Shown: piece after piece, positions 19,570 to 29,755 of the stretch | Numbering within the stretch: the first letter of the stretch is position 1 | Layout of the letters: every line of letters starts with the position of its first letter | Source: a bacterium | GTDB lineage: Bacteria; Zhuqueibacterota; Zhuqueibacteria; Zhuqueibacterales; Geothermadaptataceae | DNA length: 64,000 nucleotides | Direction: 5' to 3' | Assembly: GCA_024275575.1 (NCBI GenBank) | Contig: JAJRYV010000085.1 | Span: 65,490 to 129,489 of the forward strand | Made by a program: the position numbers and the translations under genes | Notes under the pieces: model-generated | Database searches by the model: none | What the model was told of the DNA's origin: nothing | What the model saw: the letters and a program-made list of their open reading frames with translations, nothing else

Positions 19570-20454
19570 TTAGAACACGAGTTGATAACGCAGCACGGGC
19601 AAGTTCGAAAAACTTTGCGCCAGTTCTTCGAGATCGCCGAAAAGCAAATCGAAAAAAGTGCGCCGGCGAACATACGGCCGAACAAGGGACGGATCATCGA
19701 TATCCGCCATTTCCGCCAAAAGTTTGATCGCATCATCGAAGGTGCCCAACTTGTCGATAAGGCCATATTCATAAGCTTGCTGACCGGTAAAAACACGTCC
19801 GTCCGCCAACTTCAAAACCTGCTTTTTATCCATCTGCCGGGCTTTCACGACGACGTCGACAAACTGGCCATAGGCGTTATCGATATATTTTTGAAAATAG
19901 GCTTTATCCTTACGAGTCAATTTGCGACTGCCGCGGCCGGCATCCTTGAACGGCCCGCTTTGAATCACATTGACCTCGATGCCTATTTTATTTAAAAGGT
20001 CGGAATAATCCATCAATTCCATAATGACACCAATACTGCCTGTTGTCGTTCCCGGATTCGCGATAATAGAATCGACGCCGCAGGCAATGTAATACCCGCC
20101 GGAAGCAGCAACAGTAGACATGCTGGCAATGACCGGCTTACCGGTGCTGTCACGATAATCTTTCAGGGCCTGGTAAATTTCCTGACTGGCGGCAACACCG
20201 CCACCAGGGCTGTTGATGCGTACGATCAAGCCCTGAATCGATGAATTATCACGAAACTTATGGATGCGTTCCACCGTTTTTTCGCTGTCGAGAATCACAC
20301 CTTTAATTTCGATCAATCCGATCTTGTTTTTCGAAACGGTGATGGATGGCGCTGATTCATAAAATAGTTCAGTGATTATCGTATATATGAATACGATCAC
20401 CGCAAATACCAGCAAAACGAGAACGATCTTTTCTGAAATATTTTTCATCGCCAA
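19570..20454 (-). CDS. sppA: signal peptide peptidase SppA (36K type)
   Basis: 294 aa. N-terminal TM segment, INSPGGGVAAS, AASGGYYIA (Ser nucleophile region) and a GRVFTG..A region. Confidence 0.88.
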   Translation of the reverse strand: MAMKNISEKIVLVLLVFAVIVFIYTIITELFYESAPSITVSKNKIGLIEIKGVILDSEKTVERIHKFRDNSSIQGLIVRINSPGGGVAASQEIYQALKDYRDSTGKPVIASMSTVAASGGYYIACGVDSIIANPGTTTGSIGVIMELMDYSDLLNKIGIEVNVIQSGPFKDAGRGSRKLTRKDKAYFQKYIDNAYGQFVDVVVKARQMDKKQVLKLADGRVFTGQQAYEYGLIDKLGTFDDAIKLLAEMADIDDPSLVRPYVRRRTFFDLLFGDLEELAQSFSNLPVLRYQLVF

Positions 20455-20597
20455 ACCATATCAATAAAAACAATAAGATAAACGAAATGGTAATAAATAA
20501 AATAGCAAAAGTCAACGATATTTGGTTATACTGGTGCACTGAAACAGCGGCAGGTTTTACTCTTTTTCATCCACACGGCACTGCAAATATCAGAGAT

Positions 20598-22265
20598 TTA
20601 TCGAAGAACCGCCAGTTTTAAAACGACATTTTTCTTCTTTTCAAAATCCGGCACGACGACAAAATAGATGCCGGCCGGTGCCAGTGATCCGTCGAGATTT
20701 CTGCCTGACCAGGTCTCGCGGTAAAGGTTGTTGGTCATTTTCTGCCAAACAAGTTCACCTGACTCGGCAAAAATTTTTATTTCGAACGGGTTCGAACCCG
20801 GGGCCTCATAATTGATGGTGAGTTGCTCTGTCGCACCACCGATTTTAAAAGGGTTCGGCGCCAATGAAAACTTTGTAACATCATCTTCAGCAGCTGTCAA
20901 ATTTAAATTTACACGAAAACTTGACGTCTCATATGGCGCACCTTGGCTCGCCGGGATTGTACCGTTCACTAAAGCGATAAAAGCGCCGCCTTCATTAAAA
21001 CCGGTCCCCAGCTTGAAGAATGTCCCTGTGGATAAATCCCAGAGGTTGCCGTCACCTTTTTCCCCAACCGCTGCCAGCCGGCCATCGTTCGGGCCGTCCT
21101 CTATTATTGCGGTAAAATACTGACCGCTTGCAAAATCGAGTTTGATATAGCGCGCGCTCAGTGCATTGATGTTGACAGTAGCCGTAGAACGTTGATCAAT
21201 TTGTAAAGTATCAATGACCTTTATCATCGGGTAATTTGCACCCTCGGTAAAATACTTTTCCGGTTCCGCACGAAAGCCTGTATACAGACACCAACCATAA
21301 AACTCGGCCAGCGCCGTGGCGAAGGACATTCCTCGTGCATTTATTTCCTTTTCCATCGCTCGCAGGCCGCGATTGCTCATAAAGTTTGTCCACATCCGCT
21401 GCAAACCAGCATCATTATGACTATTAAACCAGTATTTCAAAAATATTGATATCCCGTAAATTCGGACATCCGCCTGGTTATTGTTATCCGGATATTCGAA
21501 AGGAGGTAGTTCAGGATGATTGAATAAATAATCCAGATAACCATAATAATCATTTATTTCATCATACGCCCGGTCTTCAAACCAGGTGGAGCTCATTTCA
21601 TAAAAAAAGATCTCATCTTCATTTCCTGTATCGATGCGTATCGCGTATTCAAACTGAAGAGCATGGAAATATTCATGAGCAATAGTAACGCGCACTGCGT
21701 CAAGCCCCCAGGTGAAAAACCCTTCGTTAAAATCATTTTCGATTTCAAGATAAGAATGGGCCTCTACTCCGCTTTGCACAGGTATTGTTAAACCATAATA
21801 CGATCGCAGGTTCTGGAAATAAATATCAAATTCCGGCCCGTCAATATTGTTATCCGGAGAGGGTTCCTTAAAACCGAGCGTATCCACAAGCAAAGAGTGG
21901 GCATATTCGGCTGCTTCGCCGGCGATATAAACCCAATCCGGCACGCCAGCGTCGTTGGTAATTTCAGCCGGAACGGCATGCGTTCCGGTCAAGTTGTAAT
22001 GCAGCCGGAAACGGCCGCTCGGCGTCACGTAAGATTCGGGCAAAACGGGACGTGCGAACTGTGCCAGGAGTTCATTTTGGCGGTTTTTATTCAGGTTCAA
22101 AATGTTAAACATCGCCGGGACGCCGCATTTTACCGGGCGCTCGCTTTGTGCAAAGAGTCGCTCAAAATTCAATGGGCGGGTGGGTTGTTGTGCCTCGCTC
22201 TGCGCCAGGCAGAGTCCATGCAACAGCAGAAATGCACAAAGCATAATAACCGGATTTTTAATCAT
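20598..22265 (-). CDS. secreted HExxH zinc metalloprotease with T9SS C-terminal sorting domain
   Basis: Signal peptide ending LCLAQ. TIAHEYFHALQFEY (HExxH). C-terminus LAPNPF...APAGIYFVVV...VLKLAVLR is typical of T9SS CTDs. Confidence 0.7.
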   Translation of the reverse strand: MIKNPVIMLCAFLLLHGLCLAQSEAQQPTRPLNFERLFAQSERPVKCGVPAMFNILNLNKNRQNELLAQFARPVLPESYVTPSGRFRLHYNLTGTHAVPAEITNDAGVPDWVYIAGEAAEYAHSLLVDTLGFKEPSPDNNIDGPEFDIYFQNLRSYYGLTIPVQSGVEAHSYLEIENDFNEGFFTWGLDAVRVTIAHEYFHALQFEYAIRIDTGNEDEIFFYEMSSTWFEDRAYDEINDYYGYLDYLFNHPELPPFEYPDNNNQADVRIYGISIFLKYWFNSHNDAGLQRMWTNFMSNRGLRAMEKEINARGMSFATALAEFYGWCLYTGFRAEPEKYFTEGANYPMIKVIDTLQIDQRSTATVNINALSARYIKLDFASGQYFTAIIEDGPNDGRLAAVGEKGDGNLWDLSTGTFFKLGTGFNEGGAFIALVNGTIPASQGAPYETSSFRVNLNLTAAEDDVTKFSLAPNPFKIGGATEQLTINYEAPGSNPFEIKIFAESGELVWQKMTNNLYRETWSGRNLDGSLAPAGIYFVVVPDFEKKKNVVLKLAVLR

Positions 22266-22271
22266 AACATC

Positions 22272-23597
22272 CTATTTTTTCTTATAAATAAATGTCAATG
22301 GCACTCCGGTAAAAGGATAACGTGCCCGGAACTGGTTTTCGATATATTGCCGATAGTTTGATTTTATCGATTTCGGATGATTGGCATAAAGCGCAAAAAT
22401 CGGCGGCGGTGATTTAACTTGGGTGATGTATTTGATTTTGACCTCTTTTTTGTCGTTGGAAGGTGGCGGATATTTGGCGACGATTTCCTCAAGAAATTTA
22501 TTTAATTCACTCGTCGGCACCTTTCTCTGCCGTTCGACAAACAGCTCCCGTGCGATATCGATCACTTTGTAAATTCTTTTTTTCTCTGTCGCGGAAATAA
22601 ATATCACCGGGATATAGCGCAGTGTATTCAGCAGCTCGGTTATCGCCTTTTCAAATGCTCTCGCTGTTTTGGCGTCTTTCTCAACCAGGTCCCATTTATT
22701 GACGGCGATGAGCACACCCTTGTTGAATTTAACCACATCGAGAATAATACGGATATCCTGATCGACCAGCCCTTCAGTGGCGTCGATCATTACCACCGCC
22801 ACATCACTGCGACGAATGGCTTCTTGGGTGCGCACCGTGCTGTAATATTCCAGCCGTTCGGTGACTTTTGCCCGCCGGCGTAAACCGGCAGTATCGACAA
22901 GAATGATTTCTTCACCGTGATATTTTAAAAGGCTATCGACAGCATCCCGCGTGGTGCCCGGAATCTCGGTAACGATGTGTTTTTCTTCACCGAGCAACGC
23001 ATTGATCAACGACGACTTGCCGGCGTTCGGTTTGCCAACGATAGCCAACTGCATGTGTTTTTCGATCTCCTGCTCAAAATCGATTTTCCGCCGCTTGTGT
23101 TGCGGGATTTCTGCAATAACCGCGTCGAGAAAATCGCCGATATTGCGACCGTTTGTCGAAGCGACGGCCAGCGGTTCACCGAGACCGAGGCGGTAAAACT
23201 CGCTGGTATTGATATCGAGTTCGTGGCTGTCGAGTTTGTTGACGCAGAGTAAAATCGGTTTGCCCCATTTTTTTAAAATTGCGGCAATTTCCTCATCCAT
23301 CGGCGTTAAACCGATGCGACCGTCCACCATAAAAACGATCAAATCCGCCTCATCGATGCTCGTATCCACCTGTTTGATAATCGCCCGGCCGATTTTGTCT
23401 TCGACGCCGGGGAAATAACCGCCGGTATCGACAAGGTTGAATTCGATGCCGCACCATTCGGTTTCAGCATATTTTCGGTCGCGTGTTACGCCGGCGAAAT
23501 CATCGACAATCGCTTCACGTTTTTCAATAATGCGATTGAAAAACGTGGATTTACCCACATTCGGCCGCCCGACGATTGTCACGAGAGCTTTGTTCAT
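22272..23597 (-). CDS. der: ribosome-associated GTPase Der (EngA)
   Basis: 441 aa. Two tandem G domains (GRPNVGKST, DTGG; GKPNAGKSS, DTAG, NKWD) plus a KH-like C-terminus. Confidence 0.95.
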   Translation of the reverse strand: MNKALVTIVGRPNVGKSTFFNRIIEKREAIVDDFAGVTRDRKYAETEWCGIEFNLVDTGGYFPGVEDKIGRAIIKQVDTSIDEADLIVFMVDGRIGLTPMDEEIAAILKKWGKPILLCVNKLDSHELDINTSEFYRLGLGEPLAVASTNGRNIGDFLDAVIAEIPQHKRRKIDFEQEIEKHMQLAIVGKPNAGKSSLINALLGEEKHIVTEIPGTTRDAVDSLLKYHGEEIILVDTAGLRRRAKVTERLEYYSTVRTQEAIRRSDVAVVMIDATEGLVDQDIRIILDVVKFNKGVLIAVNKWDLVEKDAKTARAFEKAITELLNTLRYIPVIFISATEKKRIYKVIDIARELFVERQRKVPTSELNKFLEEIVAKYPPPSNDKKEVKIKYITQVKSPPPIFALYANHPKSIKSNYRQYIENQFRARYPFTGVPLTFIYKKK

Positions 23598-24892
23598 GAG
23601 GTAGCGTCCATTTCGATGATATCATGTAAAATTTCACTAAAATCATTAGCGCAGGTTTCAACTGGAATTTGCAACTTTTCCGACAGGCCGTCCAATGTCC
23701 AGTCGTCGAGAAATTTTAAATCTGGATTGAGGCAGTTTGCCGGCAGATAGAGTTTTTTGCCCAATTTTCTCTCGTGACAGTTTTTGTAGATATCCTGTCC
23801 GGTCAGAAGCCCGGTCGTGCGGATGCTGTGTCCATAAAAGTCATTTTTAACGGCAATCACTTCAATATGCAAATTTTGCACAGCACGAAAAACAGCGACG
23901 ATTTCCCGTTCGAAAATCTCCTGCATCATCATGCCAGTGACAAAGGAAATACGCACCGGTTTTTTCAGCCGCCCCGGGAATTTATTTTTAATCTCGGAAA
24001 AATCATCGAGCAATGTACGCACCATACCAACACCATTTTCGAATTGCTGAAAGTCGTCATAGCGTTCGCGTCCGGGAATTGCCATACCCGCGCGGATATA
24101 AAATTCATCCGACGGGTAGATGAAATGCTGCCCCAGTTCGTCTTTATATTTTGCAGCCAGCAAATCAGCATGCTGCAGATATTTTTTTGCATATTCCGCG
24201 GTGATCGGTTGCAATTGAGTCAGGCCTTTGCGATGGCGGGTTAAACCGAGGGGCACGGTCGCAACACTGCCGATTTGCGGAAAAAATGAGACCAGCGCTG
24301 CAATCGTTTCTTCGAGCACTTCGCCATCGTTTATGCCGGGTGAGACGACGATTTGGGTATGCAGCTCGATACCGTTTTGGCATAAAAAAGTCAATTTTTC
24401 CAGCAGCTGGTCATCGTTTCTCAAACCGAGCAAAAATTTGCGGATTTCCAGATCGATTGCATGCACCGATACATAGAGCGGAGACAAGCGCTGCTCGACG
24501 ATGCGCTGCAGATCGCGTTGTGAAAGGTTGGTGAGGGTGACAAAATGCCCGGCGAGAAAAGACAGACGAAAATCTTCATCGCGGATGTAGAGCGTTTTGC
24601 GCATACCTGCCGGGTTTTGATCGACGAAGCAGAACGGGCAGTCATTGCCGCACATGCGTACTTTTATAGGTTCAAAGCTGAGACCGAGGGCATCATCGGT
24701 CTCCTTTTCCAGTTCGATAAAAAAACGTTTACTCTGCCGCTCAATTTCGAGCTCGATTTCCTCATCGCTGATATAAAAACGATAATCCAGGATGTCACGG
24801 ATTTTGCGCCCGTTTATCGTCCGGATTTTATCTCCCAGCAGCAGACCGATCTCTTCTCCGGTGCTGCAGGTATCAATTGCAGTTATTTTCAT
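23594..24892 (-). CDS. PDZ-DUF512 radical-SAM-like protein
   Basis: 432 aa. N-terminal PDZ-like (GDKIRTINGRKI), then CGNDCPFCFV (CxxxCxxC). 4-nt ATGA overlap with der. Confidence 0.75.
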   Translation of the reverse strand: MKITAIDTCSTGEEIGLLLGDKIRTINGRKIRDILDYRFYISDEEIELEIERQSKRFFIELEKETDDALGLSFEPIKVRMCGNDCPFCFVDQNPAGMRKTLYIRDEDFRLSFLAGHFVTLTNLSQRDLQRIVEQRLSPLYVSVHAIDLEIRKFLLGLRNDDQLLEKLTFLCQNGIELHTQIVVSPGINDGEVLEETIAALVSFFPQIGSVATVPLGLTRHRKGLTQLQPITAEYAKKYLQHADLLAAKYKDELGQHFIYPSDEFYIRAGMAIPGRERYDDFQQFENGVGMVRTLLDDFSEIKNKFPGRLKKPVRISFVTGMMMQEIFEREIVAVFRAVQNLHIEVIAVKNDFYGHSIRTTGLLTGQDIYKNCHERKLGKKLYLPANCLNPDLKFLDDWTLDGLSEKLQIPVETCANDFSEILHDIIEMDATS

Positions 24893-24995
24893 TTTATTTT
24901 CACGTATAAACAGATTTCATTTTTCACAATTTGACGAATGCAAAAAGGTATATAATATACGAAAAAATAAATAGAAATGAAACAGTAAACAATCA

Positions 24996-25026
24996 CACCT
25001 GTCAGGTTTTTGAAACCTGGCAGGTG
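24996..25026 (-). terminator. hairpin downstream of the M64 peptidase gene (putative terminator, weak U-tract)
   Basis: 14-bp stem CACCTGTCAGGTTT / AAACCTGGCAGGTG (one G-U pair) with a 3-nt loop, 7 nt after the stop codon. Only a T-rich rather than pure-U tail. Confidence 0.4.
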
Positions 25027-25032
25027 TGGGCA

Positions 25033-26448
25033 TCAATCCACATAAAGATCGATTACCTGCTTTATCCCCTCCCGGCAAATGCGGCAAAACTTATCGTAGC
25101 GGGTAAACATCAGGCAATTGATTTGCGCCCGGAAATAACCGGTGGCTTCATAATTTGCCCCTTCGAAGGCGCCGATTTTATCGTGATTTGGAGAAACCGC
25201 AAACAAGTTTTCGCAAAATTCCTGTTCACGGCGAAAGAGTTCACTCATCTCATGTTCGGGGCGGTTCTCCCGTCGCAGCTTTTTTCGTTCGGCCTGATTC
25301 TTTTTCTGAAACGTCTCAAATTCCTTTTTCGGCCAGCCGGTTGGCAACGGCGTTTCCGGCCTGACAAACGCTTTCCACTTCAATTCCTGCGGATTTTGTA
25401 AAGCTGTCACATTAGGTTCCCAGGGTTCGGGTTTGCTTCCCATGGCTTCATTATAGGCAACCGGGGAAGTATAATATTCATCGGCGAGAGCTGCGAAATG
25501 GTGGCCGAATTCATGAATCATCAGGTATTGCCGCCATTCGTTTTTTGCCGCAACAGTGGTGTATTGGCCAAAAATCCCGCCACCGCCATAGGTCTCGCTG
25601 TTGGTTAAAATGATGAGAAATTCATACGGTGCATATTGGGCGATTTCACGCAAGGCCTGATTATCGAAAGCCAGAATATAACGCTCTGAGCGAAAAGCGT
25701 CATAAGTCGCACCGATGCGACTCCAGCGAAAAGTGCCGTTCGAGGGCCGGCTCGTTCCAGATTCCGGCGACGGTATATTGATCGCCCAGACATTAAACCT
25801 GTTTTTAAATTCTTTAAAGGGTGAAACTGCAAACATGTTTTCCGTTAATTCGGCAGCATATTTTTTAAAATCGCCGGTTTCGCTGGCTGTGAAACCATCG
25901 CCGACGATGAGCACATCAACCATTTTTGCCGGATTGCCGTTATTGAGAACAGAAAGTACCTTTGTTTCCAATGCCCGTGATTTGCGCACCACAAGCATAT
26001 CCTCGGGATCGATCATCATGCTCCATATGGTGGCAAAACGATTGGCATCATCCCTTTTTGAAATGCGCAAACGTACCATTTTTTCCGGCCGGGGGAAACG
26101 CACGGATTCATGAAAAGTCCGGTGCATATTTTTCGCCTCGGCAGTATTCTGCCATTCGCCAAAAATAGAGCTGTAACCACGGCTGTAGAGCACAGCATTG
26201 GTCAGCGGTTCGACGATTTCGAATAAATACAACCCCCGGTTGGTATTATCGATGTTTTTATCGGGATTTCCCGGCCACAATAAAGGCTCGACGACAACCC
26301 GGTGCAGGCTGAATATTTCCATCAAAGCATTTCCGGTGTGGTAATAGTCGACACGCATGGTTGCCGGTTTCTCTGAAGAGAAAAGCGTGTTGCCGTTGAA
26401 CAGGCAGTACGGCAACAATGTCAGTGCAAACAATAATTTACTTTTCAT
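25033..26448 (-). CDS. M64 (IgA peptidase-like) family zinc metallopeptidase, secreted
   Basis: Signal peptide. MIHEFGHHFAALADEY is the M64 HExxH..E signature. Overall length and N-terminal beta-domain are consistent. Confidence 0.8.
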   Translation of the reverse strand: MKSKLLFALTLLPYCLFNGNTLFSSEKPATMRVDYYHTGNALMEIFSLHRVVVEPLLWPGNPDKNIDNTNRGLYLFEIVEPLTNAVLYSRGYSSIFGEWQNTAEAKNMHRTFHESVRFPRPEKMVRLRISKRDDANRFATIWSMMIDPEDMLVVRKSRALETKVLSVLNNGNPAKMVDVLIVGDGFTASETGDFKKYAAELTENMFAVSPFKEFKNRFNVWAINIPSPESGTSRPSNGTFRWSRIGATYDAFRSERYILAFDNQALREIAQYAPYEFLIILTNSETYGGGGIFGQYTTVAAKNEWRQYLMIHEFGHHFAALADEYYTSPVAYNEAMGSKPEPWEPNVTALQNPQELKWKAFVRPETPLPTGWPKKEFETFQKKNQAERKKLRRENRPEHEMSELFRREQEFCENLFAVSPNHDKIGAFEGANYEATGYFRAQINCLMFTRYDKFCRICREGIKQVIDLYVD

Positions 26449-26525
26449 AAGTATTCCGTTCTAATAAAATTAGTTGGGCTGGTATATTTTATATGTGGAT
26501 TTATCGCTCAATAAGACTGCAAATT

Positions 26526-26612
26526 GCTTGTCAATCACAGAAACCAGCCGTTCATACCGCCAGGGATTTCTTGCCTGGTGAGCGCGTAAGCTTAAATCCC
26601 CAACGAGCATAC
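26526..26612 (+). repeat. intergenic repeat, R-family copy 1
   Basis: Shares with the copies at 62319 and 43645(-): the 5' box GCTTGTCAAYCRYAGAA, an internal hairpin, a GGGATT...GCTTAAATCCC helix at a fixed distance (59-64 nt from the 5' box), and the 3' box AACGAGCATA. Confidence 0.7.
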
Positions 26613-26772
26613 CCGGGCTGAACAATTACCAGGAATCACACTTAATTCTAAAAATATTTTACAATTAACGCAAGTATAATCCCACCCGCATGCCAACGAT
26701 TTTTTTCTTGCATCAAAGTGCAAAAATTGTATTTTTCCGAGAAACGTAAGTGCTAACACAAGCTACTAACAG

Positions 26773-27735
26773 ATGAATATTTATAACGACGCCGGAGAAT
26801 TATTTTTCGGAACCCGCCTGAAAAGGCTGAGCGAGCGCTTCCTTTTCAACATGACAAGAATCTACAAAACGCTCGATATTCCGTTTGAACCGGCCTGGTT
26901 TCCCATATTTTTTATTCTTTATAAATACGGCCCCAAATCGGTCACGGAAATCGCTGAAATTCTCGACATCACCCATTCTGCGGTCAGCCAGCAGGCGACT
27001 GTATTGGAGAATAAAGAGCTGGTGCATTTTGTGCCATCCGAAACAGACCGGCGCAAAAGGTCGTTGAACTTTACCGAAAAAGGAGAAGCTCTGCTGCAGC
27101 AGATTTTGCCGGTATGGCGCTCAGTTCAATGCAATATGCAACGATTATTATCCGCCAATCCCAACAGCGCCAACATTTTGTCCGGTTTATCGGAAATCGA
27201 GGAAACCAGCGCTGATAAAGATATTTTCGCCAGAGTACTGCGGGATCTGCGTGAGCGTCATTTTACCATCATGGATATCATTCCCTACTCTCGGCAATAT
27301 GAGAAAGAGTACAAATCGCTGATTCTGGACTGGTTTATCGATAACGAAGACACCGATTTCCAAAGCAGTAATTTTCTCAATATGCCGCTTTCAGTGATGG
27401 AAAAAAAAGAAGGATGGATCACATTGGCCAAACCGGAGCAGAAAATCGCCGGTACGATTGTAACGAAATACAAAACTTCAACTGCAGCAGAAATTCTGTT
27501 TCTCGTTGTAAAAACAGACTGGCGACAGCGACAAATTGGACGCATTTTAGTGATGGATACGGTTAAGAAATTGCGTCAGCAAGGTTTTACCTCAGTGACT
27601 GCCTGCTTTGACCGCAAACACATCGCTGCCCTGAAAGTCTTGCGAACCTGTGGATTTGGATTACGGGAGATGCAGCACGGATTGGATAAATCGAAAAAAG
27701 ATAAAACAATTTTGCAGCTTTCACTGAACTTGTAA
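26773..27735 (+). CDS. MarR-family winged-helix regulator fused to a GNAT acetyltransferase domain
   Basis: N-terminal wHTH (SVTEIAEILDITHSAVSQQATVLENKELV..DRRKR). C-terminal GNAT motif A (VVKTDWRQRQIGRILV). Confidence 0.75.
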   Translation: MNIYNDAGELFFGTRLKRLSERFLFNMTRIYKTLDIPFEPAWFPIFFILYKYGPKSVTEIAEILDITHSAVSQQATVLENKELVHFVPSETDRRKRSLNFTEKGEALLQQILPVWRSVQCNMQRLLSANPNSANILSGLSEIEETSADKDIFARVLRDLRERHFTIMDIIPYSRQYEKEYKSLILDWFIDNEDTDFQSSNFLNMPLSVMEKKEGWITLAKPEQKIAGTIVTKYKTSTAAEILFLVVKTDWRQRQIGRILVMDTVKKLRQQGFTSVTACFDRKHIAALKVLRTCGFGLREMQHGLDKSKKDKTILQLSLNL

Positions 27736-28186
27736 CAGAGGCGGCATAACTTTGGAGAGTCATAATTTTCCGGCGCGCTCAAGGGAATAGAATTATGAAA
27801 ATTAAACTAAAACTTCTTGAGGTTTATTGAATCCTGGGAAGGACCGGATTATTTGCTTTTGCCGTTTACAGGCATTAAATTTGGGAATCTAAACAAGTTT
27901 TACTTCAGTATGGAAGTTATTTCCGAATTCACATTATTGCCTTACTTTTTATCCCTGACCTATCATGGAGACGATCAGTTTTCTGCATTAATATTGGGGG
28001 AGTCGAACAGTTTAATAAAGTAAAGATGCCGGTTTTTTTATCAAACTGGACGGGTTATTTTTAAAAAAGGTATTGCTGTCATTTGAGATGAGAACTTCAT
28101 TACAAAATTACGGTGAAGGATATTCACTCGGTTTGGGTTATAAATTTTTAATTGACAATACAAGAAACTGTATTTGAGTCTAAATT

Positions 28187-29755
28187 ATGAACGACTTCAA
28201 CTTTGGCAGAGACAGATTAACTGTCGGACTTGCCCTGGATATTGCAAGGGGGCATTGCAGCGGAAAGCTTGCTCCGGATACACTGGAACTGATAAAACAA
28301 TGCCGCCGGGACGTTGAAACTATCGTGCAAAAAGGCGATGTTGTTTACGGCATCAATACCGGTTTTGGGCCATTATGCACAACGATTATCTCTGAAGACG
28401 ATACACGCAAGCTGCAGGAAAATATCCTGCGCAGTCACAGTGTCGGCATGGGTGATATCGTACCCGATGAAACCGCAAAACTCATGCTGATTCTGAAAGT
28501 GCATGCATTAGCGCAGGGTTTTTCCGGCATTGCCGTGGCAACGCTAAAACGAATTATGTGGCATATTGAAAAAAATATTATTCCCCTCGTCCCCTCTCAG
28601 GGTTCTGTTGGCGCTTCGGGAGATCTGGCACCGCTCGCCCACATGTTTCTGCCTTTAATCGGGCTTGGCGAAGTTTTCTACCAAGGGGAAAAAACAGCAT
28701 CAGCCGCCATGCTGCAGCAGGAAAACATGCCCGCGTTACAGTTAGGGCCGAAAGAAGGGCTGGCCTTAATCAATGGAACACAGTTCATCGCTGCCCATGC
28801 GATCAAAGCCGTCGAACGCATGAAAAACTGTCTCGACACAGCGGACATCATCGGTGCAATGACGCTGGAATCGCTTTTAGGTTCGGTAAAACCCTTCGAC
28901 ACACAACTGCATCAGTTGCGTGCTTATCGAGGGAACTTGCATGTGGCGCATCGCTTGCGCATTTTGTTGCACAAATCTGAAATGGTGCAATCACACCAGG
29001 ATTGTAACCGGGTTCAAGACCCTTATTCCCTGCGCTGCATGCCGCAAGTGCACGGTGCCTCGCGCAATGCCTGGCTGCACTTGAAAAACACCACTGAAAT
29101 CGAGATCAATTCGGTCACCGACAACCCAATAATTTTCAATGCAGGAAATACGATCAGCGGTGGAAATTTCCATGGCCAACCCATCGCTTTACCGCTGGAT
29201 TACACGGTTTTAGCCAGCAGTGAGTTAGGCAATATTTCCGACCGCCGGACTTTTCTTTTGCTGGAAGGCGCTGTTGGCGGTCTGCCGAAACTGCTGATGA
29301 AAAATACCGGCATCAATTCGGGTTTTATGATGCCGCAATACACCTCTGCCGCCCTCGTAACTGAAAATAAAAGTCTGTGTTTTCCCGCCAGTGCCGACAG
29401 CATTCCAACTTCACTGGGCCAGGAAGATCACGTTTCCATGGGTTCAATCAGCGGACGCCGCGTGGGACAGGTTCTGGACAATCTGGAAAAAATTCTCGCT
29501 GTCGAGTTACTCTGTGCAGCGCAGGCGTTCGATTATCGCAAACCGCTAAAATCGGGAAAAATTATCGAAACGTGTCATCAGTTGGTGCGCCGGTATATCG
29601 ACCACGCAGAGGAAGACCGTGTCTTCGCCCGCGATCTCGAAATTGCCCGCAAACTTATCGCCGAACAAAAATTATCGCAAACCGCAGAAGAAACAGCGGA
29701 AAATGAAAAAATAAATTTGCAAGGTGAATACCATGAACTTTTCGGACTTTATTAA
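28187..29755 (+). CDS. hutH: histidine ammonia-lyase
   Basis: 522 aa. MIO-forming [22 protein letters not shown], and QEDHVSMG. Confidence 0.95.
   Translation: MNDFNFGRDRLTVGLALDIARGHCSGKLAPDTLELIKQCRRDVETIVQKGDVVYGINTGFGPLCTTIISEDDTRKLQENILRSHSVGMGDIVPDETAKLMLILKVHALAQGFSGIAVATLKRIMWHIEKNIIPLVPSQGSVGASGDLAPLAHMFLPLIGLGEVFYQGEKTASAAMLQQENMPALQLGPKEGLALINGTQFIAAHAIKAVERMKNCLDTADIIGAMTLESLLGSVKPFDTQLHQLRAYRGNLHVAHRLRILLHKSEMVQSHQDCNRVQDPYSLRCMPQVHGASRNAWLHLKNTTEIEINSVTDNPIIFNAGNTISGGNFHGQPIALPLDYTVLASSELGNISDRRTFLLLEGAVGGLPKLLMKNTGINSGFMMPQYTSAALVTENKSLCFPASADSIPTSLGQEDHVSMGSISGRRVGQVLDNLEKILAVELLCAAQAFDYRKPLKSGKIIETCHQLVRRYIDHAEEDRVFARDLEIARKLIAEQKLSQTAEETAENEKINLQGEYHELFGLY

Noticed and set aside
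20781-20804. tRNA T-arm-like string GGGTTCGAACCCGGGG.
   Set aside because: It lies inside the metalloprotease CDS, in frame (encoding ...GSNPFEIKIF...). No acceptor, D or anticodon arms flank it.
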